Source: Azolla caroliniana | Lineage: Eukaryota; Plantae; Polypodiophyta | Direction: 5' to 3' | Assembly: GCA_043228905.1 (NCBI GenBank) | Contig: JBHGNT010000007.1 | Location: forward strand, 8,742,001 to 8,806,000 | Length of the DNA: 64,000 nt | Shown: positions 62,283 through 64,000 of the stretch, one piece after another | How positions within the stretch are numbered: the first letter of the stretch is position 1 | Layout of the letters: each line of letters begins with the position of its first letter | Position numbers and translations under genes: made by a program | The notes under the pieces: generated by a model | Told to the model about the DNA's origin: nothing | Databases searched by the model: none | Seen by the model: only the letters and a program-made list of their open reading frames with translations

Positions 62283-62862
62283 ACATCAAGTCTTGTTCAA
62301 CTTGGATCTTATACGAAGAAAGTCTCATAATTGACAAATACAAGACATAAAACCTTGTTGTGAGATGATCTGCATGTTGGGGGTTTCAATGGTGGCCTCT
62401 AAATTCGAATATTGAATTTGAAAGTATAATACGTGTTAAAAACCTAAAGCGTATCATGTGACTTACATATTCAAATTTAGGTCTTACCATAAATATCTGA
62501 TTAAATCTTGTGGGTTTGCGTTATTCACTGTATTCCCAAGCATTTAGGAATCTTTTTATTCGTCTTCTATAACATAAATCTTAACATATTAACCGATTGA
62601 GCTCAAATTAACTCTTATCAAAAGTACGAGGTATATTGCTTAATTAATGCAACGACATTTCTTGATAATTCATTCAAGGGGATAAAATCACGTTTCACTT
62701 AAAAGGAAACATATTTGATGCTCTACTTTAGTAAATGAAGAACCACGAGGGCAACACTAGGATATCATGTGTTATCTTGCGTTTCCGCAATTTATGGTTA
62801 ATTAAGATTTTATTTTACTTTAGAGAAACATCCTTCGAATCTGTCTACTTCATACTCAATAC

Positions 62863-62935
62863 TCCATTGTAGTCTACTTGGTTAGGATACTCGGCTTTCA
62901 CCCGAGCGACCCGGGTTCAAGTCCCGGCAATGGAA
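62863..62935 (+). tRNA. tRNA-Glu(UUC), G15C variant
   Basis: Single D-loop substitution. Confidence 0.65.
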
Positions 62936-63530
62936 ACATCAAGTCTTGTTCAACTTGGATCTTATACGAAGAAAGTCTCATAATTGACAAATAGAAAACA
63001 TAAAACCTTGTGGTCAGATGATCTGCATGTTGTGGGTTACAATGGAAGCCTCTAATTTCGAATATCGATATGTATCGAATCTAAAAGTAAGTATAATACG
63101 TGTTGAAAAACGTAAAGCGTATCATGTGACTTACATATTCAGATTTAGGTCTTACCATAAATATCTGATTAAATCTTGTGGGTTAGCGTTATTCACTGTA
63201 TTCCCAAGCATTTAGGAATCTTTTAATTCGCCTTCTATAACATAAATCTTAACATATTAGCCGATTGAACTCAATTTCACTCGTATCAAAAGTACGAGGT
63301 ATATTGCTTAATTAAAGTAACGACATTTCTTGATAATTCATTCAAGGGGATAAAATCACGTTTCACTTAAAAGGAAACATATTTGATGCTCTACTTTAGT
63401 AAATGAAGAACCACGAGGGCAACACTAGGATATCATGTGTTATCTTGCGTTTCCGCAATTTATGGTGAATTAAGATTTTATTTTACTTTAGAGAAACATC
63501 CTTCGAATCTGTCTACTCCATACTCAATAC

Positions 63531-63603
63531 TCCATTGTAGTCTAGTTGGTTAGGATACTCGGCTTTCACCCGAGCGACCCGGGTTCAAGTCCCGGCAATC
63601 GAA
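63531..63603 (+). tRNA. tRNA-Glu(UUC), acceptor-stem mismatch variant
   Basis: 3' strand CAATCGA. Confidence 0.65.
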
Positions 63604-64000
63604 ACATCAAGTCTAGTTCAGGTGGCATCTTATACAAAAAAATCTAATAAATGACAAATACAAGACATAAAACCTTGTGGTAACATAATCTACATGCAGT
63701 GCGCTACAATGGTGGCCTCCAATTCCAATTGAATTTGAAAGTATAATCCAAGTGCGCTACAATGGTGGCCTCCAATTCCAATTGAATTTGAAAGTATAAT
63801 CCATGTTCAAAATTAGCTCTTACGATAAATACCTAATTAAATCTTGTGGGTTAGAGTTATTCACTGTATTCCCAAGCAGTTAGGAATCTTTTAATTCGCC
63901 TTCTATAACGTAAATCTTAACATATTAGCCGATTGTACTCAATTTCACTCTTATCAAAAGTACGAGGTATATTATTTTACTAAAGTAACGAAATTTCTTG

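Larger units (their letters stand above)
43854..64000 (+). repeat. tRNA-Glu tandem array, distal block (31 tRNA-derived copies); higher-order repeat from ~49.6 kb; continues past the window
   Basis: tRNA start spacings cycle 615, 710/721, 653/664 bp; 3967-bp period. Confidence 0.97.

Noticed and set aside
34017-63215. Recurrent 60-83 aa ORFs in the array
   Set aside because: They recur only because the DNA repeats, overlap tRNAs, often use non-ATG starts and are broken in sister units
32096-64000. 5S rDNA array or plastid trnE insertion
   Set aside because: No 5S sequence recognised; the tRNA is the eukaryotic cytosolic type (TCC start, no encoded CCA), unlike plastid trnE

Overview
Eukaryotic (land-plant-like, probably a non-seed plant; inference) heterochromatic DNA with no host protein-coding gene. 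Bases 1-32095 are a nest of LTR retrotransposons: one minus-strand Ty3/Gypsy host (A) interrupted by four elements (F, B, Copia D, E), with a chromovirus (C) inside B and a solo LTR inside D. Most junctions are resolved with target-site duplications (TSDs). Bases 32096-64000 are a head-to-tail tandem array of ~0.55-0.72 kb units, each carrying one tRNA-Glu(UUC) gene or pseudogene (40 copies counted, 10 identical to the intact consensus). The array is interrupted once, by Gypsy G carrying a young Gag-only element H. Main observations: (1) the tRNA array behaves like a satellite, with decayed monomers beside the TE nest and homogenised 3-mer/6-mer (3967 bp) higher-order repeats distally; (2) the tRNA genes lack an adjacent oligo-T terminator, predicting 230-320 nt 3' trailers; (3) H carries a tRNA-like Pol III A/B-box cassette in its LTRs and an intact Gag fused to acidic and basic repeat blocks; (4) all four tRNA-Trp-primed elements sit in 4-bp targets centred on CG; (5) the two direct insertions into the array hit nearly the same position upstream of a tRNA, in the same orientation. 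Coordinates were read by eye and may be off by a few bases.
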